This document shows positions 11,421 to 25,239 of a stretch of DNA of 64,000 nt, in pieces (positions within the stretch are counted from its first letter, which is position 1; the number at the start of each line of letters is the position of its first letter). The notes beneath the pieces are model-generated. The model was given only the letters and a program-made list of their open reading frames with translations, ran no database searches and was not told the origin of the DNA. The stretch spans positions 57,226,001 to 57,290,000 of the forward strand of contig NC_042998.1 of assembly GCF_006345805.1 (NCBI RefSeq). Reading direction: 5' to 3'. The translations under genes were made by a program, and so were the position numbers. Source of the stretch: Octopus sinensis (Eukaryota).

Positions 11421-12143
11421 ATAGAATCACAAGGTTAAAATTTTAAATGAACTGGTGAGTTAAATATTTCAATAAAAATCGAAAGTTTGATCGGACCATT
11501 CTCTTCTGGCATATGATATTAAACACAATGTATATATTTCTTTATTCGGCACTCAGGCCTTAACATAGAGCGGACAGTACTAGGAAAAATTGAACACCAC
11601 AGCGGGGACAAAAATATAAAACGAATGAAACATGAAAATGTACGATGAAATCGATGGTGGTGAAATTGCTGCATTAAACCCCACTTCTCAAGCAGTACCA
11701 TTTAACGGTTAATCTATACAATTGAATCAAACTTTCTTAAATTTCTTTTTGTATCGTTCTTTTCCTTCTTTTTTCAAAACTTATTAACTCTCTGCCTTCC
11801 CTCTTTTTCTTTTTAAAAACAAATTTTACTCACTTGCTTCAAATTAATCTTGATAGTTTATGGCTATAACCACTATGATTTCTGCCGACTCCATCCTCCT
11901 TCCTAACAGGCATTGCTCCTTGTTCTTTGGCCTTAGATTTTGATATACAAAAATTTAATAAAGAGAACTATAAATTAAAACTGACCGCAAAAAAACAGTG
12001 ACAAGTTATATCTCTAACAAGTCTTTCGCCCTGATACCTTAGTAGCTTCTAAGCTGAAGTGGAGGCATCATCTCCTTACCTTCTTGGAGGTTTTAGGTAA
12101 AACTATAATGTGTCCATCTGTTTTAATTTAATTCTATGTCTTT

Positions 12144-12227
12144 ATGCAGCTGAGGATTGCTCTGCATTTAAATTGATGTAATTATTTCATTGTTCAATTA
12201 GAGTTGCTTGAAACGATCGTACTGCAT
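12144..12227 (+). ncRNA. hammerhead motif, perfect helices I and III, damaged helix II base
   Basis: ATGCAG CTGAGGA ttgCTCT...AATTGA...TCAATT AGAGttgctt GAAA CGATCG TA CTGCAT. Confidence 0.6.
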
Positions 12228-12358
12228 TAACTTTGGATATCCTTGTTGCATATTTTGATTTTAATCAGCTAATTTTGAAATTGTATGGCTAATACCGTAC
12301 TAAATTCTGGTCCCTCAACTTAGGTACCTAATTCATCTGAATCAAAATTTTTGCTATG

Positions 12359-12450
<92 letters not shown>

Positions 12451-12526
12451 GTTTATTCCGTAAACCTGCCTTCGTCTTTTGTCTATTTTCATAAAGCTTC
12501 CCGTTATATATATCTACATACATACA

Positions 12527-12559
<33 letters not shown>

Positions 12560-13087
12560 GCATATATGTATTTATATATATATATTAATATATATATATG
12601 TATTTATATATATATGTATATATATATGTATATGTACATATATGTATATGATATGCACACCTATATATATGTACATGTGTATATACACATATGTGTCTGT
12701 ATAGATATAAGGATAAAATCTATATAAGATTGTATCGAGTAGAGAGCGTGTAAACGAATTAAGGGAAAATTTAATACAAGATATCTAATGTATATATATA
12801 TATGCATGTACATACATATATATACATACACACACATACACACAAACACACACACACACATATATATATGTGTGTGTGTGCGCGTGTGTGTGTGTGTATA
12901 CATACGTGTATATACGCATACATCTGAAAAACTATATTATGAATGTATTTCAGAATAATGTTAAGATGGAATAACCAAGCTATTTGATTTTCATGGGATT
13001 TCAGATTTTGGGTATAGTAAGTCTTTGAAAGGCTAATACAGTTTCACGTTTCGCACCCAACCGAAGGCAATGTTTCAAACATTTTTA

Positions 13088-13234
<147 letters not shown>

Positions 13235-13707
13235 TTATATATGTATAAGAGAATAATTTTATAACTTCATGAAACTGAAAATCAATTTCATTTAACCAAA
13301 GAACAAAAACAAAATTAGGACTGCAGTTGGTAGTACTCTGGTGATACCGAGGTGAAAGGAGAAATAAATTGAAAGGTATAACGAATAAACGCTCCAATCG
13401 GTCAAAATATTCTCAAATTATGAAGAATCGAATACAATATACATTAAAACAATAGGGAACCCAATGTAAAACCCAACGGTATAAAATATACGTATATACA
13501 CGAATAAAAGGTTATAAAACCTAAAGGTGTAATACGTGTGATATTGAATGAAGAAAAGTATATGGAATAAATTTATGCATAATAAAGGAGACTAAACATT
13601 TAAGGCAATAGAGCTAAAATAATATGAATATAAATATATAAAAATACATGAATATAAATATAACAAATAAAGTGTAAGATAACCAGAACAGAGTCCATTC
13701 AGGTCCA

Positions 13708-13783
13708 TCTCTACGATCGTTTCAAAGGATGCTGCTTCACATCCATTAAGGATATCCAAAGGCAACACGTTTTCATCAGGAGA
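13708..13783 (-). ncRNA. type I hammerhead ribozyme with long helix II
   Basis: Minus strand TCTC CTGATGA AAA cg TGTTGC cttt gg ATATCC ttaat GGATGT gaa GCAGCA tcc TTT GAAA CGATCG TA GAGA; palindromic ACGATCGT, GUA site. Confidence 0.75.
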
Positions 13784-14139
13784 AAATTTATAAAGGCTTC
13801 ACATTTCTGGTTATACACATATATGTTTGTATACATACATACATATGAATACATACACACGCTCGTTCACGCACACGTTCCTGCACATGCGTACACACAC
13901 ACACATATACGAACACTTGAATATACATAATTGTGCATAAATATGTACGCAAACCTATATACGCAGAATCAAAAGCAAACATTGAAAATAATATTCATGT
14001 ATTCACACTCTTACAAATATATGCTTATATACACGCCCGCATAAAGCCCAGCATATACACATAGATTCACTATGATGCAAACCGAAAGCTACAGTCGAAC
14101 AGGCGAAGTGGAGCAGATTTTGTACATACATGCATGTGA

Positions 14140-14450
14140 AGACGCCTCGCTTTGTAGTTAGGGCATTCGGCTCACGATTGCAAGGTCCCGAGTTCAATTC
14201 CTGACTGTACACTGTGTCCTTTAGCAAGACACTCTATTTCTCGTTGTTCCAATCCACTCAGTTGACAAAAATTAGTTCTGTCTCAGATTCAAAGGTCCAG
14301 CCTTTTCCCATTCTGTGTCTCACCGAATCTCCCTGAGAACAACGTTAAGAGTACGTGTGTCTGTGGAGTACTCAGCCGCTTGCACGTTAATTTCACGAGC
14401 AAATGGCTGCACACAAGCTAGGCAATTCGTTTGATCGTATCAACTGTATC
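14140..14450 (+). mobile_element. tRNA-derived SINE family C
   Basis: tRNA-like head (GTAGTTAGGGCATTCGG...GAGTTCAATTCC), then GTGTCCTTTAGCAAGACAC...CCACTCAG; homologous to 63790-64000. Confidence 0.75.
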
Positions 14451-14479
14451 TGTGATTGTTTTTCAGAATATAGTGTTTC

Positions 14480-15250
14480 TTCACTTCTGCGCCTGTTTTG
14501 CCAGCTTTCTATCTTGTACATCTTTCTAACATAATTTGAATAAAAATATAATTTTTACGGTACATGAATCCTAATTCAGTTTTAAAAGAAATCATGCGAA
14601 ATAAAAATTCAAGTAATAAAAATGTATCAACATAAAGCTTCGCATGTAATAGTTAGTTCATTGTAGTAACATAGTTACTGTCAAATTTTGCAAGTAAACG
14701 ATTTTCAATTGAATTTATGATTGCAGTTCTTTCATTTCTTCCATTTCTACTTCATTCTGTTTAACAAATTTCCATCGACCTTTCTCTGATCATTTGTTGG
14801 TATGCCATTTTAATCCTGCAAATTTATTTTTCGGAAACTAGAAATATTAATTCATGCATATCTATCAAAGTGGAGCAGTAATATATGCTGTGGCTGACTA
14901 AGTCAACAGAACACGCAGCATTCGAAAACCAAATCATAAAAGAATTCAGATATCTTAAATTCCATCGTCAAATGAGCAATTTCAGAGTAGGCTCATGATA
15001 CAAAAGAACTTTCCTTCTCAGTGAATGACCTCAATACGAGGACACTGACTTGCAATCGGTTTTCTCTGGAGAGAAAGATTTTGGTCAATAACAATCTTAC
15101 TACAAAGCGGCGTCTTATTCCAGTCCAACATGAACAGTGTTTCATTGTCGAAACACAGGTAAAACTTTAATGAGTTCCTGCATGTCGGTTATTCTCACTG
15201 CTTCTCATTTAATTTAATTCTCTAAATAATATTTTAAAAAAATCTTTATA
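14480..15250 (-). pseudogene. hAT (Buster/SPIN-like) transposase C-terminal remnant
   Basis: Minus strand CFDNETLFMLDW...QNLSLQRK (LNLSLQGK-like) and EMEEMKELQS; heavily decayed. Confidence 0.45.
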
Positions 15251-15329
15251 CTTCAACTCCCATTGTTATGCATTTTAGTTCGCATTTGCTGGTTGCAAGG
15301 AGTTGTAAGTTTGTTTGCAGTCTTCGAGT

Positions 15330-15920
15330 GTAATTCATTATTTTAAGATAAAGCTATGGCTTTAGAACCTGCTCAGTTATTTCTTTTTTGTATGTCCTGC
15401 TGAGGAAGGCTAAAAAGCCACAAATGCGTCTGGGAGTCCTCTAAAAACTGAGTAGATATTGCGCTTCTACAATTTTTGTCATAAGCGAGAATCTTTACTT
15501 CACCGTAACTGCAGTGAATTTGAAGTATATCACTAATATATTTTGACTAAGTTTGTTTATTCCTCATCACTGCTTAGCGCTCATTGTATTTATTGAGGTC
15601 AGCCGGTGCTGGAGCGTAACTCATTCACTGATATTCATTGTTTTAAGAGAGAGCTACGTCTTGAGAATCTGCTCGGGTTATCCTCTAGTATTTCCCAACA
15701 AAGGAAGCTAAAGTGCAAGAAAAGCGTTTGGTAGTCCACTTAGAGGAGGTTCTGAGCAGACACGATGTTTTTATACATTTTACCATAAGTGAATTTTTTT
15801 TCTCCACGGTAACTTCAGTGAGCTTGTTCTTAGAAGTTAAAATGTTTCACAAAGATATCTTAACTACCCCAAGGTATGTTCCTATTTGTGCCACAGGCCA
15901 GTTCGACCAAAGGAACATAG
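15330..15920 (-). pseudogene. decayed Tigger/pogo transposase remnant
   Basis: Minus strand AQIGTYLGVVKISL.NILTSKNKL (HTH-like), SSTG*LNKYNER (SNGWL.KFK.R-like), SQTHLWLFSLPQQD...AGSK (DETGLFW..LP-like), with frameshifts. Confidence 0.45.
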
Positions 15921-16768
15921 AACAACTTACTCTGATTCTAAGTAAGTGCTATGTATGTGGGTGGGTATTTCGAAGACACATGTATGCTTAACATAGTCGT
16001 CGGTCAAAAATCAGCGTGACGAAGATATTGGTAAGGACGGACTTTTAAATTACGAGTAGAATCAATCTACTTAGCATCTACACGGTTTTCGACAACAGAA
16101 TTTAGTTCAACCAGCATTATGGAATGTATCACTAACCCAAAATTACATGCTGTGAGATCGAAGCAGTGACGTTCTGATTTCAAAACAAAATTTTTCTCTG
16201 TTCAGTTGAATTTACAGATACATACGCACATAAACCTCTGTGTGTGGGCATGTCTGTGTGTATGTGTGTGTGCGTGTATAAAGTGTAAGATATCTAACAC
16301 TTTGAAAACAGATAGACAGACTGGCGCATGCACACAAACCTAGATGGATAATGACGATAACAAGAATGAAATTGGATAAACTCTGAACCATAAAATAAAA
16401 CACACCTAAAACTTTATATAAATCTACACCTACTCATTATCTACTACTGCCAGGACTATCTTAAACCTGACATATTTGCAGAACAATAAATTATAGAAAC
16501 AAAATCAACAGAAACAAGAACACCATAACGTACACATATACAGGATTCATGCACAAAGCGTAAGTTGATGACAAAAAATACATGATTATTGCAGATATAT
16601 ACTGGCACACATCAATATTAAATTACTATCAACACTACCATCAACCGCACCACGACGATTGAGAGAAGACCTGATATGCAGTGAACAAAATAATCAGAAG
16701 CTAGAGTGAACTATTATTAGCAGTGCGTATGATCTTGTTGGCAGAAAGACATTTTCACAATACAACTG

Positions 16769-16846
<78 letters not shown>

Positions 16847-17003
16847 TTCAGTAAAATTTACATTCATTGAATATGGTACTTAAGTTAAAGGCACCAGAAT
16901 TCAGTAGGTTATTATCCATATAATTCAAAATGGGGTGATTATAAACAAAATAAGCAACAATATCGTACTGCATTACCTCTGGATATCCTTGTTGCTTATT
17001 TTG

Positions 17004-17029
<26 letters not shown>

Positions 17030-17035
<6 letters not shown>

Positions 17036-17880
17036 AGAGAAGAAATGGGTATAATAACAATGGGAAACTTTTGGTTTACGCTGGTATGTATTTAATTAAA
17101 TACGTAACAAAGAAGTAAGAAGCAGAGATGAGGGTGGCATTTACGATCGTTTCGATTTACTGTAGTAATTACATCTCTTCAGAATGCGAATATAGATAGA
17201 TGCACCCGTTAGGATGCGAAAATGATTGATACATATGTCATGGTAATGTAAACAACTTAGTAATTGTTACATTGAAATTTTGTTCTTGCATTGGTAAATT
17301 CGCTAGGTAAATGTTTGCTTGTGGTAGATTGGTTAGTTTCGTCTGGTAATTAGGGCGGGGTGAGTATTATTTAGGTGCGGGTTACCTCGTTTAATTAAGC
17401 ACATTTTTCTCACGTGTTCAACTCGTATTTGAGGTTCTAACACCAGCGGTGTAAGTGAAGGGGGTAACACTAGCAGGGTGAAAAGGGAGCTAACTCATAC
17501 CAAATATTGGGTGATTTGAAAATGTTGTTACCTCTGATAATTGTCTTATTGCTGGAGTTTAGGAAGTTCTTAATGCTAGGCGGAGCCATATGTATTTGCA
17601 AAGTGTATTATTATGGAATGTTTGGGGTGAGTGGGTTTGCTGGGTAACTATTCGTGTGTTTCATGTGTTACCCTGTTAATTAGACTTATATAGATGAGTA
17701 TTCTAGTTTGGAATTATGAAGGCATAGAGAGCTACATGAAGACAAGAGAGGCTTTTCCACTGGTATTTCGAAAATATATAAAGGCCTTCATGGAGACAAA
17801 AATTGTTGTTCTCAAATTTGACAAGATTTTGTTTAGGGGTAAGTATAGCTAGGCGTTCTGATAGGCAGAGATCGCAGCGT
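17030..17880 (-). mobile_element. Penelope-like element 3' end: GIY-YIG C-terminus plus 3' region with HHR
   Basis: Minus strand RCDLCLSERLAILTPKQNLVK (RCxLCLxEKLAIL...LLN motif) ~700 bp upstream of a same-strand HHR. Confidence 0.7.
17137..17187 (-). ncRNA. minimal type I hammerhead ribozyme
   Basis: Minus strand GCATT CTGAAGA GAT gtaaTTACtacaGTAA ATC GAAA CGATCG TA AATGC. Confidence 0.85.
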
Positions 17881-18564
17881 CTATTTGCGGTGTTGTAGGA
17901 AGTTGTTTTTGTGAGTGTACGTCAGTTCAAGCTATCCTTAAATTCCCAAGTTTGCCTTATTCCTATTTCTGAAGCTGGATAGATGCGTATTATATCTTAG
18001 AAACATTTAGTTCTTAGTTGCGCTTATGTATGATTTCGTCTGGTTGTTTGCGCGAACGTCACATTGGTAATCTACGTTATTTGTCTTACATCTTTTTGAA
18101 AAATGGCACTTTGTTCTATCCCGACAGCCGCATAAATAGTTAGGTGTATCTACGTCGCATAGATAGTTAGGTGTATCTTCAGCCGTTAGGTGTATCTACG
18201 GACGTAGATATAACTAACTGTTTATGCGGCTGTAGATTAGACATTTTTATATTTCACAAATACTTTCATATTTTTACATCCCCCTTTAGGCATATATTGA
18301 TATAGGAGCAGAGTTATTGTATAATTTAAGGGAGATAATATGTAAATTACATTCAGCATTAATAACTTTCGTGTGAATGTTATTTTAAAATCAAATTTAA
18401 TTCAAATTAATGTTATTGCTCATTCAGAACTATTTGAACTTCATAATAAAATTCTATTCATTCTTGATTAACTTGAGCCATAAGTTTTCGAAATTGAGAA
18501 TGTTAAATAAAAATATTGTAACATGTTTCGAAATTAAAACTTACAGAAAATTGTGAGCGTGTCA

Positions 18565-18840
<276 letters not shown>

Positions 18841-18950
18841 CAATGTCTGTCTTATTCCCAAATTGCTTGTTGACAGAAGGGTTACAACAACATACTGAAA
18901 TACATCGTAGTATAATAAGATTCGTTAATTACATCATTTTATGTTCACTC

Positions 18951-19420
<470 letters not shown>

Positions 19421-20099
19421 CAAATTACAGTTGTTATATTACCAATCAGTTCTGGGATAAATTTACTCGAGTCTCTCTCACTATGGTTGTGGCATTGAGA
19501 TTATTTTAGAAGCTATAACAACAAGTCAAAGTAAAGTGGTCATGAAAGTCGCTTTACAACCATGACTCCTTACTTCTATCCTACCCTAGATAATTTTTCA
19601 CAAATATTTTCTACCATAGACTCAGCTCGAGCTAAACCTCGTCTGTTAAATTCAGACAACGAAAACGAGGGACTATACATAATGTTAGACGTTATACTTA
19701 ATATAGTGTGCAGATAAAAACAAATATTGACCTTTATGTACGTGTCCTTAGCTGAGAAAACTGTGGTGCAAGGATTCAGACTATTTCTCCGATCTGAGTT
19801 GTAAGCTGCTACTGGAACATAAAACATCGTTTCCCCTCTTTATCCTAGTAATCCTACAGCTCCTACGGATTAGAAACGTTAACCTTTCTCCTCTAAATCA
19901 GTTATAGCGAACTTTTTTTCTATAATTCCCTGTACAGAAAATCGAGCATTCTAGAGAGTTAACAATAATAGTTTTAGTCTTGGTACAAACAGGATATGAT
20001 TTCTTTTTATATTTACTATATATTTTTTAAAAATCCGCAATTAAGTGGAGATATATAGCAGTCACAAACTTTGTACAGTTATTGTCATGGAAATTTATC

Positions 20100-21150
20100 A
20101 TAACACACTGAAAAGGAATCGCTTTTATAATTTTAAAATAGACGCAGCTGACACAATAAATTGCTTTGTGATATATAACATTTTGCAAGCAATATAATTC
20201 TTCCTTTCAGTTTCTAATGTTTTGCCAGTGAAAAGATTATTCGCCATTTGTTATATGGCTACTATGAATTCCTGGAAATATTTCCATTCTGCTTTATACA
20301 ATGAAAATAGACATTGAATCTGCTTTCTGTGTAACGGAAACTATTACACAGTTTATACATTCTGACAGTATTTCTCTTAGATATAAGCTACATTCATCTG
20401 GGTGCATTTAGCCATATGTTGTATGTAGCACAACTAATGATAATTTTTGATTAGCTGCTGATATAGTTTGTATGATATATGAAATTGTCTAATCGATAAT
20501 TCTATCTTCTGATTTCAGCAATACGTTCAGAATTTAGACAATTAATGGAAACTTAGAACAATTCAGTAGATTTATTGTAAATTAAGGCTCCAATAAATTT
20601 CCATAATGGGTTTCATTCTATTAGATGATGAATTAACATCTTTTTGTTTGTTGCTACAACATAAAATAATAGGCGGGAAAAAAACTAGAAAAAAATTGCA
20701 TTTGCTGCTCTGTGAAGAGTTATTTTAAAGCAGAATAATGCAAGGTTCTTACATTTCCAGCATATGATCAGGACAAGTCTGTAACTAATATAATTAAACA
20801 GTTGCTGAACTCTACTGGTTTTACAAACATTTATGTGCGATATTCTTTATTGTAGTCGATTTCGAGGATTTCATACGAATCTATGTCATCACGTTGCGGT
20901 TTTGATATATCAGATTCTGATTTATTCGATTCTGAATTCTATGAGAGAGGAAATAATAGCTTGGAAAGTCAACAGTTTTCTCAGGAATATTACTGAAACA
21001 AATGCGAGTAAATGGATTCAACCTAAATTACTCACTGGAGAATATAGATGTAAAGTCAATACTGTTGAGATTTGGAAACAAGTACCTGAGAAAACGATCA
21101 AGATAAAAGCAATAGATTTGTATGCGGTTCTCAAAAACAACTTTCTTTTA
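20100..21150 (+). pseudogene. possible MULE/MuDR transposase C-terminal remnant
   Basis: CSRFRGFHTNLCHHVAVL resembles a SWIM zinc finger (CxC...CxH); upstream NGNYYTV weakly resembles the MuDR GNRYNIM motif; many stops. Confidence 0.3.
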
Positions 21151-24100
21151 TAACATCAGATTCAATGACACAAGTTCAAAACTTTCGAAACATCTGAATA
21201 ACCACCAATATAATAATAACATTGGCTACTAACTTTCTAGTGATCCAAATTTTTCAACCGGGTCTTATACTAACTTTTAAAAATAAACTGTAATACTTTT
21301 GCTGGTGAAGTTACCACCTTTCTTTTGTTCGTTTTTGTTTCAGTCCCTGATGAACATACATTACAAAACTCATACACTCCATACATCTGACAACATCGTA
21401 GATACGTCACCAAATGTGAACATACTTCTGGTTACTTCTAGTAGGCAAACCGACCACGCCTGGTAGTGTATCTTCTCTTTCTCTTAAACAAGGTACTCCT
21501 GAACTAACTTCTATCCTTAACTCTTCCGGGTTTCTCTTTCTATAGAGTTTTATCCCAAATCTACAAAACATGACAGCGGTTGCCATTTCTAAGAAGGACA
21601 AGTTCACTAACCAAACCGGAAACCACTGCCAGGTCCTTGGACTTCCGAAATCAGAAAAGTTGCGAGGACGTGAATAAGCGATAACATCCTCCATTAAAGT
21701 GAGACTCTCTTCCTTATAAGTGACTACGGTTTTCGTACGTTACATACCTCTAACTTCGTGGCCTTGAGAAGTATGATGCAAATTTTATGTACTTGGACCC
21801 AATAATACATTCAGTTTTGTCTGGCTTGAAATTGTTTTAGTCACGATGCTCGCTTACGTATGTTACCATATCTCCTTTCTCGTAACAAAAGCTTACCGTA
21901 TTTTTGAAATGTGCGCTGACATGTCTCAGCCTAACCAAACTGTTTATGAATTGTGATGCTTCTGAAGCGTCGAAAATACCTCATACATTCTCCTTTTCTT
22001 TACATGAACAACTCACTTGCTAAAGCTTATAATGCTCTATATTCTTAGCTAAATGATTTTTATCACCATTTTGACTATTTTGCCTTGACAAACGTCATGC
22101 CTGACGTTTCATGAGCAGAAACCTTAAAACTTAACTGTTTGGAACATGACAACCAGGAATTTTACGATCATTCATCACACACATCAAGATAACAATATTG
22201 TATTACGATTTCTCTACTCAGGAGCAACATATTCCGAAAACTCTCGCAGTCTTTTATAATTTCTCGCCTAGGCAATCCCCGATAATCTCATGCATAGATT
22301 CAGTTTAAGAATTAGAATTTTAAGATCTAGAAATTCAGTTCTAATATATTGTTGATTCCCTAAAAAGCTCAATTGCAACACATATTTTACCGCAGCTTGC
22401 ATCTCTGATGCATGCACAAACATCTTGGACAACATCCAACAGAGTGTCATTCATTTTACTGGTGAGAGATCTCAGACCAATAATTCATGTTAAAACACCT
22501 GGCTCGGTTGCACAATGTCTCATTTTCTCGTCATCGTCATCGTCGTCGTCGTCCTCCTCCTCCTCCTACTACTACAACAACTACTACTACTACTTGGTTA
22601 CATTCCACTTCTGTCTAACCGTATCTCCCTCTGGTCTACTTCCCAAAGCCCCTGTAGCTCCTCATACGCCAAACACTTTACCCAATAGGTACTATCCATA
22701 AGTGTAACACATAAATTTCCTTCCATTCACGTTGTCCCCTAGGGATATTTGAATTTAATATCAACTGTATCGGTTTTCTTAGCCTACAAAATGTTGCGAG
22801 CGCTTTTTCTTTTCTATAGTCAAACTAAAAATTTGTGGTGGCACATTTATAAGGTATTTTGTACTGTAATATACATACAGTTTAACTTCCTTTGCTATTC
22901 GAAACTTAGAGAACAAGCAAAGAGTTTTTTAAACGAACGAATATTTATTGCAAAAAAAAAAAAAATGCACTCAAGTAGAGATTCTAAACAATCCAAATCA
23001 TACATTATCTAGAAATCGGCAAGTGAAAACTCTAATCCTTGTATATTGAGTAAAGAAATCAGAATTAATCTGACTGTTAGCAGATTAACAAAGTGAGGCA
23101 TAATTTCAAGTAACAGCAGTAGGAAGCACCTTTTACAATATCAGCAATATTTCAACTCCTGCAAGTAATACGAATCACGAGGAGCAAAACAATTCAGTTC
23201 AAGAGAAAGCTGCAGGTGGTGTGAAGGTCAGATAACTGAATGAGTTTGTCTATATGAATAGCAGTAGAGTTCTTATTGTAGATTTGCTAAAAGTGAGAGA
23301 ATTCGAGAACGAAAAGTACTTCATTGAGATATAATCGTAAAAGGAAGAACCGAATAAAATATATTTAACAATGCAAAGTAGTGTAGTTGAGACGAGTGGA
23401 GTCTGTAAGAAAAGCGAAATGAATGCATCGATTGGTTTTAAGTTTCAGTTCGCTTGTTGAGATAATCAGATACAATTAAAGTAGCAAACGTTAGACTGGG
23501 AACATAGTTGGATAAGGTGTTATGCAGCAAACGTTGCTGCTGATTTTGCTGTTGCAAATGGGAGATGCGGGAAAAAAAACTATATGCTTTTATTTGTACT
23601 CTTACAAACGTTCAACATCTCATCACCTACTACAGCATCATTCAAGCAGCAAGACGCTATTTTCTTCGCTTCTTCATCCATGAACGAAGAGACGACTTAA
23701 AATTGTAATGATCTCCTTTAAAATGTGATTTCGTCTTACAAACACAACCTACTTTTGCTTTATGATATGAGGAGGAATCAAAATTGTGTTGTATGTTATA
23801 ATATTATGATGGTGATGATGATGAGGTTGATGATGATGATGATGATGAAGATAACGATAACGACGACGACGATGATGATAAAGACTATGTTATTAGAGTT
23901 TATTTCAGATATAGAATAAAGATGTCATATATGGATTTACAAAACTGAATTAAGTTATATAAAAACGAAGAGTTAGTTTAAGAATACAAAATACAGCATA
24001 TGCAAATACACACACACATACGCACATACATGTAGATATAAAAAAAAACATACATAAACACACGTATATATTTATTTATGTATATTTAGATGAAGTTAGC

Positions 24101-24600
24101 GAGTGACTCCTAAGGCCGAGACTTTCGTGCGTTGGCAATTATCAAACACAACTATATATGTAATAAATCTTTTAAATTCGTTTATGGTGACGTTAGAGGT
24201 GTGTAAAATAAAGCTCCTATTTCATTATGCCGGCTACCGTCTAATGATACTTATTAGTGAGTCAGCTTTTCGGGGTTTCATCATAGTTATACCGATATAC
24301 TGTAGGATAAATATAATAATAACAATAATTCTAGGATGGAATTTATAACTATTTTTCACATCGCTACTTGCGTTTCCACAAATTACATCACTTTGACATC
24401 AGAGTGGGTAACCTTAGGATTAATATAATATAGTCCGTATGAACCGTAGCATTCGGTTGACATCATTGATTAATTTCATCAGGTGATACTACACACACTC
24501 ACACACACAAACACACACATACACACACACGTTCACACACATATGTGTGTGTGTATATATATATGTATATATGTATATGTATGTGTATATATATATATAA

Positions 24601-24681
<81 letters not shown>

Positions 24682-25239
24682 TAGGAAAGAATAAATTGAG
24701 TCAAATGCGAGAGGGATTACGATTCGACAGCTCTTTAATGATTGGACTTTCATTGTAGTCTTGCACTCAGGAGGTTATAGGATTATAAGAGCAGAAAAAA
24801 ACAAAACAAAAAAAATCCAAACTTATAAAATTAGATAGAGATAATTACTATTCAACCACTAATCCTATAGTACTAATGAGGCTCTGATTTTCGCAATGAA
24901 AAGCTCTAGTTTATCTAGCGCAGACGTGGACATGATCTTAACAGCTCGTCAAACTATTATTAGTTACGACAACAAACTATGGAAGAGAAACAGATAGGAT
25001 GATTCATTTGACATAACAATTGGATCGAGTGACTCGGCTCAAGTATCGAATATCGTTGCAATCTATCTATTATCCCATGTCAAATCAGAATTCCCGCAGA
25101 TAACAGGAGGTCCGTACAGAGTCGGTGCATTTATCCTATTGAAAAACTGTACTAAAATTGAGATAGGAAAGATACAGAAAAGAACTCCATAAATTTTTTG
25201 ACGTTTCGGCCTTTCTGTTCACATAGACAGTAATTACCG

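Noticed and set aside
15395-15435. HHR-like CTGAGGA-A-GGC/GCC...TGCGTC-TGGGA
   Set aside because: GAAA is absent (ACAAA), and the stretch is the antisense of a Tigger DETGLFW-like coding remnant, so it is probably coincidental.
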